A stretch of DNA of 64,000 nt from Promethearchaeota archaeon (GTDB lineage Archaea; Asgardarchaeota; Lokiarchaeia; Sigyniarchaeales; SOKP01), in NCBI GenBank assembly GCA_030603385.1, contig JAUVXW010000022.1, positions 1 to 64,000 on the forward strand, in the 5' to 3' direction. How positions within the stretch are numbered: position 1 is the stretch's first letter; every line of letters begins with the position of its first letter. This document shows positions 31,660-40,600 of this stretch, one piece after another. The notes under the pieces were generated by a model, which worked only from the letters and a program-made list of their open reading frames with translations, ran no database searches and had not been told where the DNA came from. The position numbers and the translations under genes are program-made.

Positions 31660-32506
31660 TTACTTTATCAGAAAAAGCTTAATTAGAAAAATAAATAGAT
31701 TTAAATCATTAAGAAGCGAAAAATTTGAGATAAGATAATCAAAAATATTTTCTTCGATAAAAAATTTTATTGATGTGAAATATCCCTCTTCATCCTTAAG
31801 GATTTCTACCATACGCGTGATTAAATTTATGATTTCTTTTTCCACAATAACCATATCACAGTTCATAGGGTCTATGTTAATAATATTGATTCCTGTCTTT
31901 CTCTGAAATGTTATACTGCTCAATTCTGGATTCTTTTTTACAATATCTAATTGAGAGTAATTTTGGAACATATAATCGATTTTCTTATAAATTCTTTTCT
32001 TTTTTTTTTTTGGATAAATGAACTTCAATTACATTCATAACTAAATTTAATATTTGTTGAAATATCCCTAACATATCGAAGAATTCAGCAACTGTGGTTA
32101 TACGTTCAGCTTGTTTCCATTGAGTATAATATTCTTCTATAATCTTTTCAAATGGCTTGTAGATTTCAACATTTCCTGCCCATTTACTCCCCCACCGATT
32201 TTTTTCCTTAGCGTATTGTTGTATAAAAGTGTGGCGTATTACATCCAATCTCGATCTTAAGGTATCAGTACTTACTTCTTTAGAATCTGCTCCTATAAAT
32301 AGAAGATTAGTTTCCTTATCTAGTATGTAAACCCATCTTAATCCACCCATCTCAATAGATTCTATTCCTTGTTTAAATTCCACTATAGTAAATTGATTTA
32401 GAGCTGTAAGAAGTCCAGAAACAAGATCTTCATTTACTGGAAAATCCATGAATGGTTTGTACACTAGAGTAATTCCTGAATCAGATTCCATAACCCAAAT
32501 GTTAAT
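31660..32506 (-). CDS. longin-like domain protein, split by a frameshift in a long T run (~32000-32011)
   Basis: NIWVMESDSGITLVYK..DLVSGLLTALNQF..IESIEMGGLRWVY longin-like pattern; ORFs 31985..32491 and 31660..32028 overlap at the homopolymer; candidate ATT start 32506. Confidence 0.6.
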
Positions 32507-32730
32507 CCTAAAACACCTAGTCGAGTATTAAATTATTTAATAAATATTTTTCTAAGCCTATTACTAAAACCTTAATTTATAGAATATTAATTTAGGGCTT
32601 AATTAAAATAGGGATTTAAACCTTATAAATTCACTATTAACAATAGATCCTTAATCAATCATATTTGAATTGTAGAAAATATAAAATCATATCAATCCTG
32701 TTTAGTAAATTTATAAGACCTATGAGAGCT

Positions 32731-33222
32731 TTATAATAGATCTTTTAAAGAATTATTCCTAATCCAACGTTCCAGATTTCTTAACATTTCTGTTATTTTA
32801 TTCCTCAAAGTAAGCTCCGCTGCGCTCTTTCCAATTAAGTTAATAAAATCGCTCCCTAATTTAAAACTCTTTATAAATACGCCTAATTTTGTTTTATTAT
32901 CTGATAATGCCTTAATTCTTAATCGGCCTTCAAGTTCTCTTACGTCTTTATTATTCCGAACGTTTAATTCAATTAATCGTCCTTTCCCCTCTTCTTGCTC
33001 ACCCTCATCCTGTAAAACTAGCTCTCCCTCCATTTCAATGGGGATTTTCACAAATTCATCAGTTATTTTACTATATAAAACATTAGGTGCGATGAATTTT
33101 GCTTCTATTTTCTTTGCGGGATTAACAGTTTCCCAAAATTTTACCGTATACAGCGCTTTTATGAGTAAATCCTTATTACAATTATCTAATTCTATTACTT
33201 TTGAAATAATATTTGCTGTCAA
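32731..33222 (-). CDS. hypothetical protein (possible SRPBCC/CoxG-like fold)
   Basis: 163-aa ORF with strand-rich core and long C-terminal helix; fold is a guess. Confidence 0.6.
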   Translation of the reverse strand: MTANIISKVIELDNCNKDLLIKALYTVKFWETVNPAKKIEAKFIAPNVLYSKITDEFVKIPIEMEGELVLQDEGEQEEGKGRLIELNVRNNKDVRELEGRLRIKALSDNKTKLGVFIKSFKLGSDFINLIGKSAAELTLRNKITEMLRNLERWIRNNSLKDLL

Positions 33223-33469
33223 AATGCCTTACCAATAATATAATTTTCTTAATTATTAAAATTCAGAAAGCTTATAATAGTTTATATCTTTGCTAAATTT
33301 TTTAAGTATATATGATTTTTTTAGCTTCAGTAACAATTTTGCCTCAGTCTTCCTCTGATTTAATCATTTTTTCTGATAAAATCATATTTAAAATATTTTC
33401 ATCATAGGCTAAATCGTGTTATGAGCAAATCTTTTTCTAAAGAAAAGTAAACGGGAAAAAATTTGATCA

Positions 33470-33679
33470 TTATGTTAATCTAAATAATTTACTCTCTTCA
33501 AGGTTATTTTCTTCTTTACAATGGGGACAAACCCAAGTTTTATCATTTTTCTTCGTAGAGTTTATACAATCATGGCAGATAGCAACGTCACATATGCAAT
33601 AGTAGGTATTTTCCATTGAACTTTCACAGCTTTTACCACAAATAAAGCAAATTGGGGGAGGGGGATGGTGGTCTGACAT
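33470..33679 (-). CDS. stand-alone C4C4 RING-type zinc finger protein
   Basis: C-x2-C-x13-C-x-C-x4-C-x2-C-x12-C-x2-C spacing. Confidence 0.7.
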   Translation of the reverse strand: MSDHHPPPPICFICGKSCESSMENTYYCICDVAICHDCINSTKKNDKTWVCPHCKEENNLEESKLFRLT

Positions 33680-33778
33680 TTTTCAAATAATATAATCTAA
33701 TTAAATTAATTCTATATTATACTTTTAATTCTAAGTAATATATTACTTTAATTATTCAATATAAGTTTATAATGAATC

Positions 33779-33973
33779 ATGGATAAAGTACGATCGACTA
33801 TTCGATTATTAGCGCTGTTTAGTATTTATTTTATTTATAAAGCGATTATGGGAGTAATTGATGATAACACAAATGAAGTTACTATATGGTCATTAATTAC
33901 GTTCGTTTATGTTATTTCACTTGTTATAGCGTATTTTGTTCTTACGAGATGGGAAAAGGAACAAAAAATTTAA
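33779..33973 (+). CDS. small two-TM membrane protein
   Basis: 64 aa, two hydrophobic segments, ATG start. Confidence 0.6.
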   Translation: MDKVRSTIRLLALFSIYFIYKAIMGVIDDNTNEVTIWSLITFVYVISLVIAYFVLTRWEKEQKI

Positions 33974-33976
33974 TAT

Positions 33977-34243
33977 TTATTTCTTTTTTTTTAGAAAATC
34001 TGGAATCATCCCATCAATTCCGAGACTCTTCAAAATCGTATCTCTTATATTCATCTGAATGGTCAAATCTGACATTGTTCTCATCGTAGCGTCTAATGAT
34101 TTGCTCATTTCTTTAATAGTTTGAGAAGTCAACTTTAAAGAATCCCTAATAGTGATACTGGTTTCATGCAATTCTTCTGTTAAACAATTTATACTTTTTC
34201 TTAATTCAGTAAGTTCCATTCTTATCTCTTTAATTCCAGCCAT
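33977..34243 (-). CDS. small coiled-coil protein
   Basis: Heptad pattern IRMELTELRKSINCLTEEL; ends IPDFLKKKK. Confidence 0.65.
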   Translation of the reverse strand: MAGIKEIRMELTELRKSINCLTEELHETSITIRDSLKLTSQTIKEMSKSLDATMRTMSDLTIQMNIRDTILKSLGIDGMIPDFLKKKK

Positions 34244-34364
34244 TTTATTCCCAATATTCTCGTTCTTAAGCTAATTAAATGTTTACTATTTATTAAAATT
34301 AGTAACTCCTATTGGAAATAAATATATTTTAAAACCATGAAAAAAATAAAAAAAAGTGTTTGAA

Positions 34365-35054
34365 TTATAAGATATTTAAACCAAAGATACTTACACCCCA
34401 AATCCATAACGCAAATCCTTGAACTAAGCAAAAAATCATAATAATGAAAGCAATAGGAGGCCATGATAGAAATTTTGATATTGTTTTCAATACGCCAACA
34501 TAGAATTTCACGGTGAGGGCAACGATGACTGTTATTATAATAAATATTATTACCAGCAACCATTTTGGATTAATCACACCAGCAATTAATTTAACTGCTG
34601 AATCTGGTACGATTACAGCAACAATTATGGCTGTAGCTGTCCCTGCTAAAAGACCAATAATACTAGATAATGGAAGATCGCTTATTGGCTTCATGAACAT
34701 GGTAATCCCTATGACGATCAAAAAGATACATGTGAAGTGATTTGCAGCATCTTCGGTGACATCTCGATATTCAAAACTAGGAGGTATGTTTCTGATTAAC
34801 CCAATAACACCTGACCATATAACGAATATACCAAGTACTAAACCAAGATAAGATAATCCCCGTAAAAACTTTGTTATATCAAATTCTTCCTCTTCAGCTT
34901 TTCTTTTTGTAAATGATCCTCTTCGCTTTCTTTCAAAACCTAACCATGTAATTGCCATTAGGCCACTTAAAACCATCATGATTGCAGCTGATTCACCAAC
35001 CCAACTAAAAAATCCTCGGATCGCATCCCAATAATCAAATAGCACATAAATCAC
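34365..35054 (-). CDS. multi-pass membrane protein
   Basis: About six hydrophobic segments in 229 aa. Confidence 0.75.
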   Translation of the reverse strand: MIYVLFDYWDAIRGFFSWVGESAAIMMVLSGLMAITWLGFERKRRGSFTKRKAEEEEFDITKFLRGLSYLGLVLGIFVIWSGVIGLIRNIPPSFEYRDVTEDAANHFTCIFLIVIGITMFMKPISDLPLSSIIGLLAGTATAIIVAVIVPDSAVKLIAGVINPKWLLVIIFIIITVIVALTVKFYVGVLKTISKFLSWPPIAFIIMIFCLVQGFALWIWGVSIFGLNIL

Positions 35055-35239
35055 TTTTTTGAAATTTCTAATTTTAAATATAAGTTAGATTTTGGTTTTA
35101 AAAATTTATTCTAAAAAATAGGGTTTAAGAGAGTGGTTAAATTTAAGCTAAGAATTCTACAAACTTATCTAATATAAAAATAATATATTTATTCTTTTAT
35201 CTATTACATAATTAAAAAACTTCTAATTAACCGATTCAA

Positions 35240-35401
35240 ATGTCTGAGTGGAAAAATAGGATTCATACTTCGATCTGTAATGATTCGTATAATACAGGTT
35301 GAATTACGATCGATCAAATCATAAATAAAATTAAAAATTTAAGACTAAAGAGACAATCAAGAAAAAAAGCAAAACATAATAACAAAAATCTCAAAGATTA
35401 G
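35240..35401 (+). CDS. candidate small selenoprotein / UGA-readthrough peptide A (53 aa, TGA at codon 21)
   Basis: MSEWKNRIHTSICNDSYNTG-(TGA 35300)-ITIDQIINKIKNLRLKRQSRKKAKHNNKNLKD*; frame stays open 32 codons past TGA. Confidence 0.5.
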
Positions 35402-35453
35402 CTTAGTAAATGCTAGAAGCTAATCTTAGAAATTCCGCAATGAATTCGAGATT
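35387..35453 (+). ncRNA. three-way-junction RNA element, copy 1 (candidate cis recoding element)
   Basis: P1 AATCTC/GAGATT; P2 AGATTAGCTT/AAGCTAATCT with loop AGTAAATGCTAG; P3 AATTC/GAATT with loop CGCAAT. Confidence 0.7.
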
Positions 35454-35606
35454 AAATAACCTTCTTCTTTTTATTAATAATTAACAAAAATTAATTCTTT
35501 TTTATAAAAAATTAACTTCTTAGCTATTGATTTTATCTTTTATAATCGTCATCCTTTAATCTCTCATTCGTTTCTGATTACATAAGATATTAATAGGTAT
35601 ATTAAA

Positions 35607-35753
35607 ATGGAAGAAGAAGAAGCTTACCTCGATTTAGAATTTGATGATGGTTGTTATACTACAACTTGATCAATGATTAATATGTGGTATCAAAGAGCTC
35701 GTAAATTACAAAAACTAAAAGAAGAAGAAGTAAAAATAACAAATAATGATTAA
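35607..35753 (+). CDS. candidate small selenoprotein / UGA-readthrough peptide B (48 aa, TGA at codon 21)
   Basis: MEEEEAYLDLEFDDGCYTTT-(TGA 35667)-SMINMWYQRARKLQKLKEEEVKITNND*; AGGT RBS-like site upstream; frame open 27 codons past TGA. Confidence 0.55.
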
Positions 35754-35817
35754 ATCTCAAGAAATTAAATCATAAAATGTTAGGATTTAGTTTAGGGTTC
35801 CGCAAGAACCAGAGATT
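35753..35817 (+). ncRNA. three-way-junction RNA element, copy 2 (candidate cis recoding element)
   Basis: P1 AATCTC/GAGATT; P2 AAATTAAATC/GATTTAGTTT with loop ATAAAATGTTAG; P3 GGTTC/GAACC with loop CGCAA; stems covary with copy 1. Confidence 0.7.
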
Positions 35818-35836
35818 AAAATAATATCTTTTTTAT

Positions 35837-37204
35837 TTAAATAGAATTGTGTTTTGACCCTTCTCCTATTTTTCTATAAATAAATCCTTTACTTTCTATG
35901 ATTTTCTTATCAAAAATATTACGACCGTCGATAAGAATTGGTTTGTTCTTCATAGTTTGTTTTAAAACATCAAGATCAACAGAATAATATTGCTTGTGAT
36001 TTGTCGCAAAAATCAAGACATCGGCATCCTTCACGGCAGCATCAAAATCGGCTGTTAATTCAGTTTCTTTATAATCTTTTTCTCTGACCCAGGGATCGTG
36101 AGCGATGTATTCTATGTTATGAGAATGGTACCTATTTTTCAAAAAATCTACAATTCTTTCAGTAGGTGTATTTCTTGTATCGTCGCAATCTGCTTTATAT
36201 GCAACACCCATTAAAGTAATTTTGATGTTATCATGTTTGTCTGCTTCTTTTAAAGCGTCCTCCATTAATTCAACCGTATGTTCTGGCATAAAATCATTCA
36301 ATTCTCTACCATAGGGTAATAATTTCACTCGGTCGAGAAATTTCTTTGGTGTATAAGTTTGAAGGCCGTACATTAACAACCATGGATCCTTCGTGAGACA
36401 ATGCCCTCCAACTCCGCTGCCAGGAAAGTGCATCATCCTATCATGTCTGTAATTTATTAATTCTATAATTTCAAAAATGTTCCTATTAAAATCCTCAGCT
36501 ACTAGTGCCATTTCGTTGGCAAAAGCAATATTTACATCTCTATAAGTGTTTTCTATACATTTTGTTAACTCTGCAGTCAAAGTATCTGTAACCTGAAGTT
36601 CTTTCTTAACAACTTTTCCATAGAGAAATTTACCATTCTCATTCGCTTTCTCGCATCCACCACCTATAACTCTCGGAAAATCTGTAATATACTCAAGCAT
36701 TTTTCCAGGCATCACCCGCTCAAATGAAAACACTAGATAAAAATCTTCCCCTCTCTTCATACCACTTCCTTTTTCTAAAATCGGTTGTACAATATTATCA
36801 GTAGTCCCTGGTGCTACAGTTGATTCTATAATTACAGTAACCCCCTTTTTCAATTTTGGAGCAATTAATTTTGATACATCTCTTAAAGATTCATAACGTG
36901 GAATTTTATGGTCATCAACGGGGGTTTGGACATCAATCAAAATATAATCTGCCTCATCTATAGCATCATATTTGTCTGTTACGTAAAACTTTTTATTTTT
37001 TACAATACGAGCAATTAGATCATCTAATCCTGGTTCATCTCCTTCGAAAGGGGTCTTACCACTATTTAAACAGTCTATTTTCCAGCCGGATCTTTTCGAT
37101 CGACGTTGAATGCCTGTAACATAAAAATCTTCTACATCCGCTAAGAGTGCGCTCATTGGAATTCCAACATAACCCATTCCGATTACTATTATGTTAGTTG
37201 TCAT
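35837..37204 (-). CDS. nucleotide-sugar dehydrogenase (UDP-ManNAc/GlcNAc dehydrogenase family)
   Basis: GMGYVG, IESTVAPGTT, ERVMPG, KCIENTYRDVNIA, GVGGHCLTKDP, DTRNTP. Confidence 0.93.
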   Translation of the reverse strand: MTTNIIVIGMGYVGIPMSALLADVEDFYVTGIQRRSKRSGWKIDCLNSGKTPFEGDEPGLDDLIARIVKNKKFYVTDKYDAIDEADYILIDVQTPVDDHKIPRYESLRDVSKLIAPKLKKGVTVIIESTVAPGTTDNIVQPILEKGSGMKRGEDFYLVFSFERVMPGKMLEYITDFPRVIGGGCEKANENGKFLYGKVVKKELQVTDTLTAELTKCIENTYRDVNIAFANEMALVAEDFNRNIFEIIELINYRHDRMMHFPGSGVGGHCLTKDPWLLMYGLQTYTPKKFLDRVKLLPYGRELNDFMPEHTVELMEDALKEADKHDNIKITLMGVAYKADCDDTRNTPTERIVDFLKNRYHSHNIEYIAHDPWVREKDYKETELTADFDAAVKDADVLIFATNHKQYYSVDLDVLKQTMKNKPILIDGRNIFDKKIIESKGFIYRKIGEGSKHNSI

Positions 37205-37326
37205 TTTCCTTTTTAAATTGCTATTAATGAATTTTATATTAAGTATTATCTTTTCAAGTAATCCATTATAGAAAAAATTTTATCATTTTGATTAATTTTT
37301 TATAATTCTAACCATTTCAGAAACCT

Positions 37327-38442
37327 ATGAATGATACAAATAAAGATGTGTATCGAAGACTTCAAGAACATCTGAATAATATGCCCGTAGGATTTCCAGC
37401 TACGCAATCTGGTGTGGAAATTAGGGTTTTAAAACATTTATTTACCCCTAAGGAAGCCGAAGTAGCGTTACATCTAAAGTTCCAACCTGAACCCTTGAAA
37501 AAAGTATATAGACGGTTTAAGAAGAGTGGTATAACATTAGAAGAACTTGAACAAAAATTAGATGAAATGTATTTAAAGGGTTTAATTAATCGCGGTTCTA
37601 GAAATATTGGAGATACAGAGGAAAAATACTATGCTAATGCTGCTTTGGCAATTGGGATGTATGAATATCAGTTAGGTAGACTTACCAAGGAATTTTATAA
37701 TGATCATGAGCAGTATGTAGATGAAGCCTTTATGGATGAATATAATTCTTCAGGAATCCCTCAATTACGCGTCATTCCTATTGAAGAAACAATAGATTAT
37801 GAACAAAAAATCGCGTCTTATGATGATATGAGAAATCTAATTGAGAATATAGGTGAACCTATTGCTGTAGCTGAATGTATATGTAGACAAGCTAAAGAAT
37901 TAATAGGAGAGCCATGTACAAAAACCAAATTAGTTGAATCATGTTTTACATTTAGAAATGCAGCTAAATCCTATTTAGAGAAAGGTCTTGCTAGACAAAT
38001 AACTAAAGAGGAAGCACTTGACCTATTAAGAAAAGCAGAAGAAGATGGATTAGTTCTCCAACCAGGGAACTCTCTTAGACCAATGAATATTTGTACCTGT
38101 TGTGGGTGTTGTTGTGCAATCTTGACTCATGAGAAAAAGATCCCTGAACCGGCTCAATTCTTCGCGACCAACTATTATGCAGAAGTTGATCAGGATTCTT
38201 GCATAGGATGTGGAACATGTGAAGAACGCTGTAATATGGACGCTATTCACGTGGAGGATGCTATCGCCCATATAGATTTAACTAGATGTATTGGTTGTGG
38301 GGTTTGCGTGCCTACATGTACATCCGATGCTATGAAATTATCTAAGAAAGAAGAAGAAACATTACCACCCAAGAGTACTATTGCAACATATATGGCAATT
38401 ATGGATAAAAAGGCAGAGTTTGCTCGAGCTGATAAAAATTGA
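37327..38442 (+). CDS. 4Fe-4S dicluster domain protein with N-terminal helical domain
   Basis: CICR, ICTCCGCCCAIL, CIGCGTCEERC and CIGCGVCVPTC ferredoxin motifs. Confidence 0.88.
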   Translation: MNDTNKDVYRRLQEHLNNMPVGFPATQSGVEIRVLKHLFTPKEAEVALHLKFQPEPLKKVYRRFKKSGITLEELEQKLDEMYLKGLINRGSRNIGDTEEKYYANAALAIGMYEYQLGRLTKEFYNDHEQYVDEAFMDEYNSSGIPQLRVIPIEETIDYEQKIASYDDMRNLIENIGEPIAVAECICRQAKELIGEPCTKTKLVESCFTFRNAAKSYLEKGLARQITKEEALDLLRKAEEDGLVLQPGNSLRPMNICTCCGCCCAILTHEKKIPEPAQFFATNYYAEVDQDSCIGCGTCEERCNMDAIHVEDAIAHIDLTRCIGCGVCVPTCTSDAMKLSKKEEETLPPKSTIATYMAIMDKKAEFARADKN

Positions 38443-38490
38443 AATTAGGATTTAGACTAAAAAAAAAATAGAAAAAAAAATGGAGCTTTT

Positions 38491-39180
38491 TTAAGACTTC
38501 TTTTTCTTTTTGTAGGATTCCCCTTTGACTGCTTTAAAGACTCCCGCAATTATTGCTCCTGCTATGAATCCCCCAACATGGGCGAAATGCGCTGTAGATC
38601 CAAGGGTAAATGGATCCATTAGTGATACTAAAGCATATGTTAACTCCGCAATAAAGTAGGTTATTATAAAATAACCTGCACTTACTTTTCTCATTGTCAT
38701 ACCAGTTGAAGATGGAAGATAGAATTTATTACCAGAGTATAGAATTAAATAAACGCCCATAAGACCAAAAATTGCTCCAGATGCTCCTAAAGAAGGGATA
38801 TCTGCTAAAAATGGACCCCAAACTGGAATAATTATTGTACTTAGAGCGTGAAGCAAACTACCAAAAAGTCCAGCAACAATGTAAGTAAATAGGAATAAAA
38901 TATGCCCCATAGCATGTTCACAGTTATCCGTTACCACAAAAAAAAACCACATATTCATTATTATATGTACAATATCCCCGTGCATAAACATTGAACTAAA
39001 TAATGTCCATAGATTTTTACCTTCAAAAAAATCAGCGGGGACAAAAGCAGCTTCAATATGCATTTGACCTGTTGGATCCATCATTTGCCAAATAAATGCA
39101 ACAATATTAATAATCAATATTACGACAGAAAAATATTGCTTAAAAAATGGAATCTTATCACTTTCAGCTTCCATTACCAT
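38491..39180 (-). CDS. rhomboid family intramembrane serine protease
   Basis: SMFMHG..HIIMNM, GASGA (catalytic Ser), AHFAHVGGF (catalytic His). Confidence 0.93.
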   Translation of the reverse strand: MVMEAESDKIPFFKQYFSVVILIINIVAFIWQMMDPTGQMHIEAAFVPADFFEGKNLWTLFSSMFMHGDIVHIIMNMWFFFVVTDNCEHAMGHILFLFTYIVAGLFGSLLHALSTIIIPVWGPFLADIPSLGASGAIFGLMGVYLILYSGNKFYLPSSTGMTMRKVSAGYFIITYFIAELTYALVSLMDPFTLGSTAHFAHVGGFIAGAIIAGVFKAVKGESYKKKKKS

Positions 39181-39371
39181 TATTATTAACTCCTTTTATA
39201 AGTTTTAACTAAAAATTAGGTGTTAAAGATATTTTTCTCAAATTACTTAAAAATATTTCTAGTATTTTTGAAAAATACCTTTTTTTAAATGGTATAATAG
39301 CTTTTTATGGAATTTGAAAAATCTCAAAATAAATTAGAAGATAAGAAGTTATATTCTTATTATATAACCTT

Positions 39372-39797
39372 CTATTGTAGCTTTTCTTGAACATATTTAA
39401 GTAAATCTTTTCCCGAAAAAGGTTTTACAATATATCCATCTGCCCCTAATGCATGCCCCTTTTGGATGTCTTCATTAAAGCTTTTGACTGTAAACAGAAC
39501 GACCAGAATATGCTTATAGCGCTCCTCTGCCTTTATTTGACGCAGAACATCCATACCTGACCTCCCAGGCATCATAACGTCTAGAAGTATAAGGGAGATT
39601 TCGGTATAACGCTCCTCTACCACTTTCATGGCCTCTTTAGCGTTGGCACTCGTGATAGTCTCGAAATCTCCTAATTTCAAAAATTTCTCGGTTAAATTCA
39701 AAATATCTGGTTCGTCATCTACGATTAGAATGAGGTGACTTTTGTTTTGCCCTTTCTGGTTCACATTTTCAATTAACTCTTTCTCCGACATAAGCAA
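39372..39797 (-). CDS. single-domain response regulator (CheY-like receiver)
   Basis: ILIVDDE, LLDVMMPGRSG, GADGYIVKPF. Confidence 0.93.
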   Translation of the reverse strand: MLMSEKELIENVNQKGQNKSHLILIVDDEPDILNLTEKFLKLGDFETITSANAKEAMKVVEERYTEISLILLDVMMPGRSGMDVLRQIKAEERYKHILVVLFTVKSFNEDIQKGHALGADGYIVKPFSGKDLLKYVQEKLQ

Positions 39798-39938
39798 ATC
39801 CTAAGTACAATTTTTTGTCTTGATTAAGCATAATATAATTTTTCTATATATAATTGAATTTAGTCAGTTATATAAATGAGCTTATTTTTTACATTTGTGA
39901 TCATCAAAATCACAATCAAAATTCACATATGAGTTAAT

Positions 39939-40595
39939 ATGGTAAGAAAAAATCAGTTGCCCCAATTCCCTAATGATTATTTAAATGAAAAAGCTAATGA
40001 ATATGATAGTTCAAAATGGATGGAGCGAAATCAAAAAAGGTCCACTTTATTAAGTATTCAGTATCTTTTCGATAAGAAATTGAATGACCAAGAAGAGGAT
40101 GGTATAGAAAGGGGAGATTCATTTTTAATTTTAGATTTAGGGTGTGGAACGGGATTTTCTTCGGAAATCCTGATTGAAAATGGATATAAAGTAATTGGTA
40201 TCGATATATTACCTGATATGATATTAAAGACAAGAGAAAAAAAAAAAACCCTTAAAGAGAAAAAAAATCTCGAATTAATCTTAGCAGATATTAATTATTT
40301 GCCAATTAAGACTAATGTAATCGATCATGTCATTTCAATTTCATCTTATAACTTCATAACATACGGAAAAGAAAATTATGGTGAAAAAGTTAAACTTTTA
40401 GGCGAGACTGCTAAATATTTAAACAAAATTCTTAAGAAAAGGGGAAGAATTATAATTGAATTTTATCCTAAAGATGATCATGAATTAGATATTTTTAATA
40501 AATCATTTATTAACAATGGATTTGAAGGATTTATGGTGAAAAACAATCCAATGCAAAAATCTGGTCAGACCTTTCTATTGTTAAAGAAAAGTTAG
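39939..40595 (+). CDS. class I SAM methyltransferase, Bud23/WBSCR22-like
   Basis: ILDLGCGTGFS, GIDI, VISIS, EFYPKDDHEL, GFEG..NNP..FLLL. Confidence 0.75.
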   Translation: MVRKNQLPQFPNDYLNEKANEYDSSKWMERNQKRSTLLSIQYLFDKKLNDQEEDGIERGDSFLILDLGCGTGFSSEILIENGYKVIGIDILPDMILKTREKKKTLKEKKNLELILADINYLPIKTNVIDHVISISSYNFITYGKENYGEKVKLLGETAKYLNKILKKRGRIIIEFYPKDDHELDIFNKSFINNGFEGFMVKNNPMQKSGQTFLLLKKS

Positions 40596-40600
40596 TAAAA

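Noticed and set aside
33302-33385. Minus-strand short frame MILSEKMIKSEED-TGA-GKIVTEAKKIIYT with an internal TGA
   Set aside because: No nearby Cys, no three-way-junction element downstream, no similarity to peptides A/B; more likely a decayed fragment (Trp to stop) or chance
35746-35795. ATGA at 35746 as the core of a canonical eukaryote-type SECIS
   Set aside because: The matching 3' GA is absent after the putative helix and copy 1 has no equivalent AUGA
35387-35817. Hammerhead ribozyme or CRISPR repeat interpretation of the duplicated element
   Set aside because: No CUGANGA/GAAA core on either strand; only two copies ~300 nt apart, with covarying rather than identical sequence
37327-38442. 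Cys-rich Fe-S protein ending in TGA as a possible selenoprotein
   Set aside because: TGA is followed by TAG two codons later and all ferredoxin motifs are complete with Cys
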